Shown in pieces: positions 26,231 through 33,959 of a DNA stretch of 64,000 nt. The notes below the pieces were generated by a model. It was given only the letters and a program-made list of their open reading frames with translations, did not search any database and was not told where the DNA came from. Source of the DNA: a virus; the IMG/VR virus record IMGVR_UViG_3300014137_000003; one strand, given 5' to 3'. The translations under genes were made by a program, and so were the position numbers. Every line of letters begins with the position of its first letter. Positions within the stretch are counted from its first letter, which is position 1.

Positions 26231-26467
26231 ATGGAAAAACAAACAATTCAAGAACAATTAGACCATTGGAGAAGGTTACTTCCAGTAGGTTCAGTGTGGC
26301 TTACTCAACAACTCTCTTGTAGGTTTGTAACAGTCAAGGGCGTTCATTATAGTTTATTTCCTAATTGTATTATGGTGCAGTACACTAGAGATGATGCACC
26401 TGACACAGTTTATCAAGAGATGGTAGGTGCTTTCTACAACTATATTGTAAGTAAACAAGTTAGATAA
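26231..26467 (+). CDS. hypothetical protein (paralog of 20144-20377)
   Basis: 78-aa ORF with an AGGGGGTA SD. Confidence 0.6.
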   Translation: MEKQTIQEQLDHWRRLLPVGSVWLTQQLSCRFVTVKGVHYSLFPNCIMVQYTRDDAPDTVYQEMVGAFYNYIVSKQVR

Positions 26468-26480
26468 GGTAGTAGGTTAG

Positions 26481-26540
26481 GTAGGTTACTATTTTGAAGA
26501 TGGCAAGATCTTTATTAAGAAGTACGTTGAAGAAGATTAG
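26481..26540 (+). pseudogene. remnant of an AbrB-like gene 3' end
   Basis: It translates to VGYYFEDGKIFIKKYVEED*, parallel to LGYYFSEGRIYIKKYEEGFS* at the end of 25813-26175. A stop lies immediately upstream. Confidence 0.5.
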
Positions 26541-26568
26541 CAAGTAGTTTGCCTTAGTTATCGATGTA

Positions 26569-26577
26569 TGGTATACT
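26569..26577 (+). promoter_or_regulatory. extended -10 promoter (TGGTATACT)
   Basis: Upstream of a structured leader and tRNA-Glu. Confidence 0.55.
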
Positions 26578-26751
26578 ATATGTATAGTATTTATTAGTAG
26601 TTATATTCTAGCTGAGCGTTTAGGGGTAACGACTACCAAACGTCTGTTAGCATATTCGTCTATATGGGAGTTGGGGTCGCCCGAACAAAAAAGAACACGG
26701 TTGCGAAAGTCAAATCTGTCTGCGGAAAAGCAGAGGCTTACCCTACAATGA

Positions 26752-26823
26752 GCACTGTTGGTCAAGTGGTTAAGACACTGCCTTTTCACGGCAGTAACAG
26801 GAGTTCGATTCTCCTACAGTGTA
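26752..26823 (+). tRNA. tRNA-Glu (anticodon TTC)
   Basis: Acceptor GCACTGT/ACAGTGT (G1:U72), anticodon arm CTGCC-TTTTCAC-GGCAG and T-arm AGGAG-TTCGATT-CTCCT. Confidence 0.85.
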
Positions 26824-26825
26824 TT

Positions 26826-26896
26826 GTCGATAAGGTAGCATAGCCTTACCTCTGGTATCTGGGTAAGGAGATGTCGGTTCATATCCGACTAAAGTT
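26826..26896 (+). ncRNA. tRNA-like fragment (T-arm plus long hairpin)
   Basis: T-arm GTCGG-TTCATAT-CCGAC and a 7-bp hairpin CCTTACC/GGTAAGG with an 11-nt loop. No acceptor pairing was found. Confidence 0.25.
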
Positions 26897-26929
26897 TTGC
26901 TTGATGGTGTAAGCGACAAATTTAAATAT

Positions 26930-27003
26930 CGGGAAGTAGCTCAGCTTGGTAGAGCACTTGCTTTGGGAGTAAGGGGTCGCAGGTTCGAATCCTGTCTTCC
27001 CGA
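26930..27003 (+). tRNA. tRNA-Pro (anticodon TGG)
   Basis: Acceptor CGGGAAG/CTTCCCG, D-arm GCTC-AGCTTGGTA-GAGC, anticodon arm CTTGC-TTTGGGA-GTAAG and T-arm GCAGG-TTCGAAT-CCTGT. Confidence 0.9.
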
Positions 27004-27266
27004 TGGCAAAAGATTGTATTTGAAGTAATTCATTGCATTTCGGCTTAATAGCTTGGGTAAGGTTGTTAAGTCATTAGGTGCAAGCATAATGTGCAACCGT
27101 TATGTGAGTGCTTTAGTTCCTTAATTACAAGGACGCCTAAGTGAAGGGTTAATATTCACTAACGCTCCTCAGCGATACGAGGTGACGACAACGGTTCGAT
27201 TAATAGCTAAATTTAGTCAGATAAGGTTGTTGAGATTTAATGCATTGTGTAGATGTTATCCCCTTT

Positions 27267-27275
27267 TAGTATAAT
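27267..27275 (+). promoter_or_regulatory. -10 box (TAGTATAAT)
   Basis: Lies within the RNA-island spacer. Confidence 0.4.
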
Positions 27276-27426
27276 TTAGATTCGTACCTTTCTTTCTATA
27301 GGTAACTCTCTACAAACGGTTTAGGGTAAGTAAAAAGCCGTTCATTAAATCAATATAAAACCCAGTTGCAAAAACGATATTGACATCTCCTTAATGTCTT
27401 AAATTACTTACTTTTTATCGTTTTTA

Positions 27427-27577
27427 GCTTGTGTGGTGGAATTAAGAAGACACATGGGACAGTGCTATAGCTAGGGTATCCTAGTGAGTTGCCATGCTCG
27501 CCAAACCCCATAAAGTACCGAATTAACGGTCGCCTCAGTAAATGGCAGGCTTGCGGGTGCAACTCCCGTCACAAGTG
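27427..27577 (+). ncRNA. 151-nt tRNA-like RNA with a large internal insertion
   Basis: 7-bp acceptor GCTTGTG/CACAAGT (G1:U72), an atypical T-arm GCGGG-TGCAACT-CCCGT, and about 75 extra nt containing hairpins (CTAGG-GTAT-CCTAG, ACCG..CGGT). Confidence 0.35.
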
Positions 27578-27590
27578 TTAGGAGGGTATC

Positions 27591-27938
27591 ATGCAGAGAG
27601 AAGATTTGAAAGAGTTTCTAGGATGGTTTTTAATTAACTTAGTGGCGTTTGTTAATTCTTGCTTTATTGGTTTCTTGTTCTTTATGCTTACTTATAAGTT
27701 ACATGTTCATTTTGGGTTTCCAGAGCCTAGTGTTAACGGATTAGTTCTTCTAGTTTGTTTAAATAGTGTCTTTTTCAAACTTAAGTTAGAATTAGAGTTA
27801 GAGGAATCAGAACTTTCCACCAAAGAGGTTCTATCTCAGACTGTTAGTAGGACTTTGTTTATGGTTTGTATCCTAGTTGTAATCTTTAATATTGATACTG
27901 CTTTTAGTTTTCTTCAAAATGCAATTGGAATAGATTGA
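27591..27938 (+). CDS. membrane protein
   Basis: 115-aa ORF with several hydrophobic helices. AGGAGGGTA SD. Confidence 0.55.
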   Translation: MQREDLKEFLGWFLINLVAFVNSCFIGFLFFMLTYKLHVHFGFPEPSVNGLVLLVCLNSVFFKLKLELELEESELSTKEVLSQTVSRTLFMVCILVVIFNIDTAFSFLQNAIGID

Positions 27939-27961
27939 TTACTCAACTTGCATTATATTCA

Positions 27962-28045
27962 GCACCCATGGCGGAACAGGCAGACGCTCAGGACTTAAAA
28001 TCCTGTGTCCAGAGGGACGTCCGAGTTCGAGTCTCGGTGGGTGTA
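27962..28045 (+). tRNA. tRNA-Leu (anticodon TAA), type II
   Basis: Acceptor GCACCCA/TGGGTGT (G1:U72), anticodon arm CAGGA-CTTAAAA-TCCTG, a long variable arm and T-arm CCGAG-TTCGAGT-CTCGG. Confidence 0.85.
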
Positions 28046-28326
28046 TGTGGTTAGAGGTTATCCCAGTATAAAACCTCAAGGTTTATAGATCATTGCGTAC
28101 TCCTTTGGGGAGGAGAGGAGCTCTACTCTCGCTAAATTGAGCAGTCGGTTTGGTTTCTTTTTGTGGGGACATATTTACATATCTCTTAATAATATATGCA
28201 GAATGTTATTAGTCCTCCTAGCTAGGGGTTCCTAAGGGTAATGATAGTAACAGGAAAAGGACGAGGGGGTTATATGGGGTATTTTAGCTATTTACTTCCA
28301 GTAATCTGAAGTGGGTTTGCATTCCA

Positions 28327-28337
28327 TGGTGTAGAAT
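28327..28337 (+). promoter_or_regulatory. promoter (TGGTGTAGAAT)
   Basis: The same box occurs at 59367. It lies directly upstream of the tRNA-like RNA at 28354. Confidence 0.5.
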
Positions 28338-28353
28338 CTCCTAGCTACACGGT

Positions 28354-28458
28354 ACTTGGGTAGTGATGAGGTGCAATTCCTTATCATGAATCGGAAAGCG
28401 TGACAGCGTACCTATCTTTAAGGGGTAGGTGATGAGGGTTCGAGCCCCTCTCCAAGTA
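28354..28458 (+). ncRNA. 105-nt aberrant tRNA-like RNA
   Basis: Acceptor ACTTGGG/TCCAAGT (7 bp), T-arm GAGGG-TTCGAGC-CCCTC, an internal 9-bp hairpin with a T-loop-like GGTGCAATTCC, and a second hairpin with a 9-nt loop (ATCTTTAAG). Confidence 0.35.
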
Positions 28459-28562
28459 TAGCTCACCGCTGAGAAGTAGCGAGCATTCGTCTAGTTATCT
28501 GTCTAGCTAGGCATGAAAAAGCTAAAAAGTAAAATGAAGAAAGAAAAAAAGGTTAAAAATTT

Positions 28563-29651
28563 ATGGCATTTAATAAACTTAAACCACGTCAAGTGGACCC
28601 AGAACACTTGAAAGCTATTGCAGAACAAGCAAAAGCTCAACGCTTTTATCAATCTGTTCCTAAATCAGAAGATCCAGATAACTATCCAGTGTTTAGTATT
28701 TCTCAAGAAAACAACCTTATCTACGTTCCAAACTTTGTTGTAGAGAACGAAGAAGGTATGGAAGAACTTCGCATGGATAAGCCTTTCTTGTATTCTGTAA
28801 AAGATGGCAGTCAATTCTTGAAACTTCGTTCACCTGAGGGTATCGTAGACGAAGCTCTTGGTCTTGATGGTTCTGATCCTATTGCAGACGCTTTCCAATT
28901 GGTAACAGAGTTGGCACAGAAAGAGGCAGCACGCCACTTGGTTGCTAATGGTTTCCAAGCAGACGATCAGTCAGACGAAGCTCGTAAACTTACTTCTCAT
29001 ATCTATGGAGGTCGTATCATCAAACAAAAACAACGTACTTATACGTTCCCGATTGTTGTGTTTGAGCGTACTTCTGAAGAAAAGAGTGGACGTAAGACTT
29101 ACAAACTCGTTCTTGACGAAAATGGTAAACCTAAATACCAAGTTATGTGGTATTCAATTTCTGAAAACCTTTACAATGATACTGGTAAATGGAAAGAAGA
29201 GCTTAACAACCGTTCTGAAGAGTACGGGGAAGACTTCCTTACTCCAGCAGGTCTCTTCTTCCAAATCAAAGGGGATTACACTCGTAAACCTAATGAAGAA
29301 TGGTCAGCCTTTAATGCAGCTCGTAAATTCGCAGTTGTTATGTCAAACCCACCAAAAGAAATTGCTGATCTTGGGGATGAATTCCTTGACGAATTGGACA
29401 AGGCAGCTGAAGATTGGACTCCAGAAAAAGCAATCGAAATGGTTATCGCAAACCACTTCTATTCAGTTGAAGATTTGCGTGTAGAACTTGATCGTTTGAT
29501 TCAACCAGTTAAAGATAAACTTGCTTTGCTTGAGCTTGGTGAGGGTACTACTGAACCAGCCAAAGCTATTGCAACAACGGCAGCTCCTAAGGGGCAACAA
29601 GCCTTGGCAAGTCTTGATGACGACGATATCGACGATCCTAACGACGAATAA
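28563..29651 (+). CDS. abundant acidic-tailed protein, candidate ssDNA-binding protein
   Basis: 362-aa ORF with codon usage biased toward C-ending codons and a C-terminal DDDDIDDPNDE tail. It has its own terminator and lacks GGGGTA. The functional call is speculative. Confidence 0.7.
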   Translation: MAFNKLKPRQVDPEHLKAIAEQAKAQRFYQSVPKSEDPDNYPVFSISQENNLIYVPNFVVENEEGMEELRMDKPFLYSVKDGSQFLKLRSPEGIVDEALGLDGSDPIADAFQLVTELAQKEAARHLVANGFQADDQSDEARKLTSHIYGGRIIKQKQRTYTFPIVVFERTSEEKSGRKTYKLVLDENGKPKYQVMWYSISENLYNDTGKWKEELNNRSEEYGEDFLTPAGLFFQIKGDYTRKPNEEWSAFNAARKFAVVMSNPPKEIADLGDEFLDELDKAAEDWTPEKAIEMVIANHFYSVEDLRVELDRLIQPVKDKLALLELGEGTTEPAKAIATTAAPKGQQALASLDDDDIDDPNDE

Positions 29652-29667
29652 TCTTCTCGTAAATAAT

Positions 29668-29700
29668 GACAGTGTAGGGCAGAGTGCACTGTCTTTTTTA
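29668..29700 (+). terminator. rho-independent terminator
   Basis: GACAGTG / CACTGTC stem followed by TTTTTT. Confidence 0.75.
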
Positions 29701-29709
29701 TTTTCTTTG

Positions 29710-29718
29710 TGGTAGAAT
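29710..29718 (+). promoter_or_regulatory. extended -10 promoter (TGGTAGAAT)
   Basis: Lies immediately after the terminator and upstream of the GTG at 29753. Confidence 0.65.
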
Positions 29719-29752
29719 ATATTTAAGATTATTAGGTTTTGGAGGTTGTTTC

Positions 29753-30484
29753 GTGAGGATTTACTATTTAAGCGACATGCATATAGAAAGCCCTGAGGGG
29801 TATCTATACGATTTAGAGGGGATATTACCTTTAGAAGAAAACCACGGGAAAGACTGGGTAGTAGTTGCAGGTGATATTTCTTCGAGTCCTTCTGTTGTTA
29901 GGGATATTCTAGGTTATTTAGCGTCTAAGTTCGCTCATGTTTTCTTTGTGATGGGTAATCATGAATATCGAAATGATTCCCCCTCAACTTACAAGAGTAC
30001 TGAAAAACTATATAAGGCTTTGTTATCTAGTATTAGTAACTTACACTTCTTAAATAATGAGGTGGTTGAAGTTGACGGTCTTACTGTTGCAGGTTCAACT
30101 TATTGGTATGAGTTGGCTGATAATTATAGTAAGGCTTGGTGGAAAACTTTTTCTAATGATTATGTTTATGTACACCGTGATTGGGATGACTCAAACAGAC
30201 ATCACGACCGTGACTTCAAGTTCTTGCAAAGTCTAAAGGATAGGAAGATTGACTTACTAGTAACTCACTTCCCACCGAAGAGCTTTAGAAAAGAGCGTAT
30301 AGAGGACCTAGAACTTCCCCCTATTAAAGATAGTGGTGTTCGTCCTCGTTACTGGATTTGTGGACATGAGCATGTATGTTGCGATGAGGACTTTAATGGT
30401 TCTAGGGTTCTAATGAACCCAGTGGGGTATCAAGATGAAGATACTTCTTATGTTGCAAGGTATGTGGACATTGAACCTATGTAG
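29753..30484 (+). CDS. calcineurin-like metallophosphoesterase
   Basis: Motifs YYLSDMHIE, VVAGDISS, VMGNHEY, VTHFPP and CGHEH. The start is moved to a GTG after GGAGG because the track start precedes the promoter. Confidence 0.8.
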   Translation: MRIYYLSDMHIESPEGYLYDLEGILPLEENHGKDWVVVAGDISSSPSVVRDILGYLASKFAHVFFVMGNHEYRNDSPSTYKSTEKLYKALLSSISNLHFLNNEVVEVDGLTVAGSTYWYELADNYSKAWWKTFSNDYVYVHRDWDDSNRHHDRDFKFLQSLKDRKIDLLVTHFPPKSFRKERIEDLELPPIKDSGVRPRYWICGHEHVCCDEDFNGSRVLMNPVGYQDEDTSYVARYVDIEPM

Positions 30485-30522
30485 TTTTTAGGTATATCAG
30501 TTAAATAAAAATGGAGGTATAT

Positions 30523-31695
30523 ATGTCAAAGGGTATGTCTAAAATTCTTGGGTTAGAGCTTAAGAATTTTATGTCTATCAAAGAAGCTAAGTTAGTCTTT
30601 GATGAGACAAATATTATTAACCTTAAGGGTTATAACGATAGTGGTAAGTCTGCTATCACACGGGCTTTAGATGTTTTGTTGTTTGATTCTTATAAGCGAG
30701 CTCAGAAAAACTTTATCACCCACGGAGAGCATTATTTCCGTATTAAGTTGCACTTCGATGATGGCGTAACTATTGTGCGTGACAAGTATTTGAATGGCTC
30801 TAGTTTATATGAAATGTATTCCGAGGGTAGTCTCATCTTTAGCACTAAGGTGGGAAACACTTTAACTCAAGTTAAAGATGTCCCTCTTGAAATTAAAGAA
30901 TACTTGGCTATGACGGAGACCTCACAAGGTAATTACCTTAATAGCCAGTCTATTTATGACAAACAGTTTCTTATTCAAACGTCAGGTTCTGAGAACGTAG
31001 AACTCTTGAATGGGGTACTGAAGCTAAAAGAAACTGGTCTAGCAACCACTGCTATTAAGAACGATATTAATCAGTTATCTTCTAGTATTAATGGTATTTT
31101 AGCAGATATTGAGGCTATCAAAACTTCTCTTGAACGTTATGAAGATTTAGACGAAGACTTTATTCTCTTACTTTCTGACTTAGATAGTAAGTATGATGAA
31201 GTTGAACGTAAATACAATCGTCTAGCAGAACTAGAGGATTTACTTGTAGACATCTCTGAGTTGCCGGAGGGTGTTCCTGAGTTGTCTATGATTGACGGTT
31301 CTCTCTATTCTTCCTTGTTAGGGGTAGCTGAATCTGTAGAGGAGTTAGCTAAAATCAAGGAAATTCCTAATGTAGACAAGATTGACTATAATTTTTACCT
31401 TGATTTACTTAAATTATGGGAGTTGCAAAATTCTTATAAAAACGTCGACACTCTAATTTTGGATATTCCACTAATTGATTTTGGTATATTAAATTCCTTG
31501 AAAATTCTAGGGAATAGCTTTGAAGAATTGGTAGAAATTTCAAACATTATTAGTTCCCTTAGTGGTAGGGCTGAAGAGCTAGAAAATGAAAGTTCTGAGA
31601 TTCAGGAGTATGCTCGTGAGAATGGAATTTCTATTAGTAAGTGTGACAATTGTGGTGCTTTAGTTCAGGGTGTTGCAGGTCATGTGCATTTGTAA
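30523..31695 (+). CDS. Rad50/SbcC-like ATPase, N-terminal half (Walker A plus coiled coil)
   Basis: LELKNFMSIKEAKLVF....LKGYNDSGKSAITRALDVLLF, then a long coiled coil ending in CDNCGALV. Confidence 0.7.
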   Translation: MSKGMSKILGLELKNFMSIKEAKLVFDETNIINLKGYNDSGKSAITRALDVLLFDSYKRAQKNFITHGEHYFRIKLHFDDGVTIVRDKYLNGSSLYEMYSEGSLIFSTKVGNTLTQVKDVPLEIKEYLAMTETSQGNYLNSQSIYDKQFLIQTSGSENVELLNGVLKLKETGLATTAIKNDINQLSSSINGILADIEAIKTSLERYEDLDEDFILLLSDLDSKYDEVERKYNRLAELEDLLVDISELPEGVPELSMIDGSLYSSLLGVAESVEELAKIKEIPNVDKIDYNFYLDLLKLWELQNSYKNVDTLILDIPLIDFGILNSLKILGNSFEELVEISNIISSLSGRAEELENESSEIQEYARENGISISKCDNCGALVQGVAGHVHL

Positions 31696-31733
31696 TGTAA
31701 TTACTTAATATTAGAAAGTTTAGGTGTTATAAA

Positions 31734-32075
31734 GTGAAATTTAAAATCTTTAAGATGACTATTCGTGTTTATGACTTGGCAGTTTTCTTGTTCTTAGTGG
31801 GGTATTTCTTCCATAAGCCTTTCCGAGAATTGTTTGATAGTAGTCCTTATCTTGTAAAGGCTTTGGCTTGGTTATTAGTTGTTCTTTTCTTTTACTATTC
31901 TTGTGCATCTTGGTATCATGTAATCAAGAAGTCTATGATTAATGTACTTAAAAAAGAAGAGTCAGAAGCCTTAGAAGAAGAGAACTACGAAGAAGGCAAG
32001 TATTGTGATTTTGTTGCAGGCTCTGATGAAGGCGAAGGAACTGGCGTAGAATCTGTCGAAGAGACTAAAGAGTAG
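31734..32075 (+). CDS. membrane protein with acidic tail
   Basis: GTG start, two hydrophobic helices and an EEE-rich C-terminus. Confidence 0.5.
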   Translation: MKFKIFKMTIRVYDLAVFLFLVGYFFHKPFRELFDSSPYLVKALAWLLVVLFFYYSCASWYHVIKKSMINVLKKEESEALEEENYEEGKYCDFVAGSDEGEGTGVESVEETKE

Positions 32076-32085
32076 GAGGTAGCTA

Positions 32086-33120
32086 ATGTCAATATTTAGT
32101 CCAGAACAACACTACCGTATCGATGGTAAGGGTGGTGTTGGTATCTTTGGGGATACCCATTATTCGGCTATCTTCCAGGGAGCTCATAAGAACTATCAAG
32201 AAGAAAACCTTGACTCTATGGCTCGTATGATTGAAATCGTAAAAGAAGAGAAGTTTGATGCCGTAGTCTTGTTAGGGGACTTGATTGGGGTATCTGAACG
32301 GAACATTCGTGACTTACGTTTCCTTTTGGAGGTTACTGTATGGTTGCAGACTCTAAATAACCTAACTAATGGAAATGTATTTGTAGTTAGGGGTAACCAT
32401 GACATTGGAGACTTCCCTCAGTTTGAGTATTTCAAGGGTGTAGGGTTGATTAAGACCCCTACAGAAGTAGACCATTATGTAGATGATGTACTTATGGTTC
32501 GTTATCATTTTGTGGGGTATGGCGAGGAGAAACGTCCTCTTCGTTATGAGGGGGTAGAAGATGGTGTCCATCAAATTGTGTTTGGTCACAACGATTATTC
32601 TATCTCTGGGGTAACTAACTGGTACTATTCTAAGAATGGAGTCGAGATGTCAACTCTTGGTAACTTTGAGCATGTATCTTGGGTTATCAGTGGGCATATT
32701 CATCACCCTAGCCCAGATATCTATTCTCAAACAATTGGTAGCAATGAGGTATTCTTATTCTACCCAGGAGCGGTAAGTCGTGTAAGCTCTAGTGAACAAT
32801 ATAATGATTGTTTCTACTTCAAGCTTTTCTATAACGAGGACGAAGGTGGCTTTGACTATGAGATTAAAAACTTCGGTCTTAAGCCTGCTAGTGAAGTTTT
32901 TCTACAATCTAAGCTAGATGAAGAGAACCAAGAAGCCTTAGAAGAAGAGCTTGAGCGTAAGGAGTCTAACAAGCGTTTAACGGAAATTCTGAACGAGGCT
33001 ATGGGGTACAGGATTGTAACTGGGGATATGATGAAACAGATTGATAGTTTCCCTCACGCATCAGATGAGGCGAAGTCCTTAGCTAAGCAGTATTTACAAA
33101 ATGCAATAGATATGGTATAA
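32086..33120 (+). CDS. Mre11/SbcD-like nuclease
   Basis: Phosphoesterase motifs GIFGDTHYS, VVLLGDLIG, VVRGNHD and SGHIHH. Confidence 0.8.
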   Translation: MSIFSPEQHYRIDGKGGVGIFGDTHYSAIFQGAHKNYQEENLDSMARMIEIVKEEKFDAVVLLGDLIGVSERNIRDLRFLLEVTVWLQTLNNLTNGNVFVVRGNHDIGDFPQFEYFKGVGLIKTPTEVDHYVDDVLMVRYHFVGYGEEKRPLRYEGVEDGVHQIVFGHNDYSISGVTNWYYSKNGVEMSTLGNFEHVSWVISGHIHHPSPDIYSQTIGSNEVFLFYPGAVSRVSSSEQYNDCFYFKLFYNEDEGGFDYEIKNFGLKPASEVFLQSKLDEENQEALEEELERKESNKRLTEILNEAMGYRIVTGDMMKQIDSFPHASDEAKSLAKQYLQNAIDMV

Positions 33121-33121
33121 T
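33113..33121 (+). promoter_or_regulatory. extended -10 promoter (TGGTATAAT + AGTATAT)
   Basis: Overlaps the end of the nuclease gene. Confidence 0.55.
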
Positions 33122-33170
33122 AGTATATAGAAATTGTTTGTGGGTATCCACTAGAAGAAGGAGAAGAGAT

Positions 33171-33944
33171 TTGACAGATTTAGTACAACGCATTAAGGCA
33201 GTCAATGCTGAAAGTGAAAAAGTAAATAAAAGTTCCGTAGAAGCTCAAGCTAAACGTAAGTTGCTTCTACAACAGATTTCCGAAAAGGTATCTGCCTTTG
33301 AGGAAATGTATGGTATTAGTTTTCCGAGTATTAACAACTTAGAGGAGTTTGGTGCTTTTCTAAAGGATTTGCTCGATACACAGGAATCTAAATTGCAAGA
33401 ACAAGTTGAACGAGCTGAAAAGGTTATTGGGTTGATTAACTCAGGTAATATCGAAGAGGCTCAACAACTCTTGGGGTATAAACCTAAAGAAGTTCACCCT
33501 CTAAATAATGAGAAAGTTGCAGAGGATGTAGTAGAAGAAGTTAAGGAGGTTGCGAAAGAGGTACTCGAAGAAGACCTCCCTACTGAAGAAGTTCCAACAA
33601 CCCCTCAAGAAGTTGAAGTCCTCGAAGACCTTGACGGTGGTACTGACGAAGAGGAAGTTCGAGAGGTAGTAAAACCTACTAAACGTCCTCGTAAGCGTTC
33701 GGTTGCTACTACAAACTTCGATATGAACGAAGGTGGGGTATCTTTGGATGACCTTGATAGTGTTGCAGGTGAAGAGGCTAATGACTTTGCCACTGACTCT
33801 ATTGTAGAAGAGGAAGTCACAGAAGTTAAACGTCCTATTCGTCGTCGACGTCCACGAATCGTTAATTCAGACGAAGAAACTAGCACAATTTCTACAAGTA
33901 CTGCACCTATTAAAACTGGTGGTGAATTTAACTTTGGGGATTAA
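33171..33944 (+). CDS. acidic protein with two KRP(R/I)R basic boxes
   Basis: TTG start 7 nt after AAGGAG. It contains the repeats EVREVVKPTKRPRKRS and EVTEVKRPIRRRRPRI. Confidence 0.55.
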   Translation: MTDLVQRIKAVNAESEKVNKSSVEAQAKRKLLLQQISEKVSAFEEMYGISFPSINNLEEFGAFLKDLLDTQESKLQEQVERAEKVIGLINSGNIEEAQQLLGYKPKEVHPLNNEKVAEDVVEEVKEVAKEVLEEDLPTEEVPTTPQEVEVLEDLDGGTDEEEVREVVKPTKRPRKRSVATTNFDMNEGGVSLDDLDSVAGEEANDFATDSIVEEEVTEVKRPIRRRRPRIVNSDEETSTISTSTAPIKTGGEFNFGD

Positions 33945-33959
33945 GGGGGTATAGTATAA

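Noticed and set aside
26601-26789. 62-aa minus-strand ORF in the RNA island.
   Set aside because: It overlaps tRNA-Glu and a structured leader on the opposite strand and has no translation signals.
28942-29715. Alternative-frame ORFs 28942-29484 and 29521-29715 inside and after the acidic-tailed protein gene.
   Set aside because: They overlap a well-formed 362-aa ORF or span its terminator and the next promoter. Their sequences are low-complexity.
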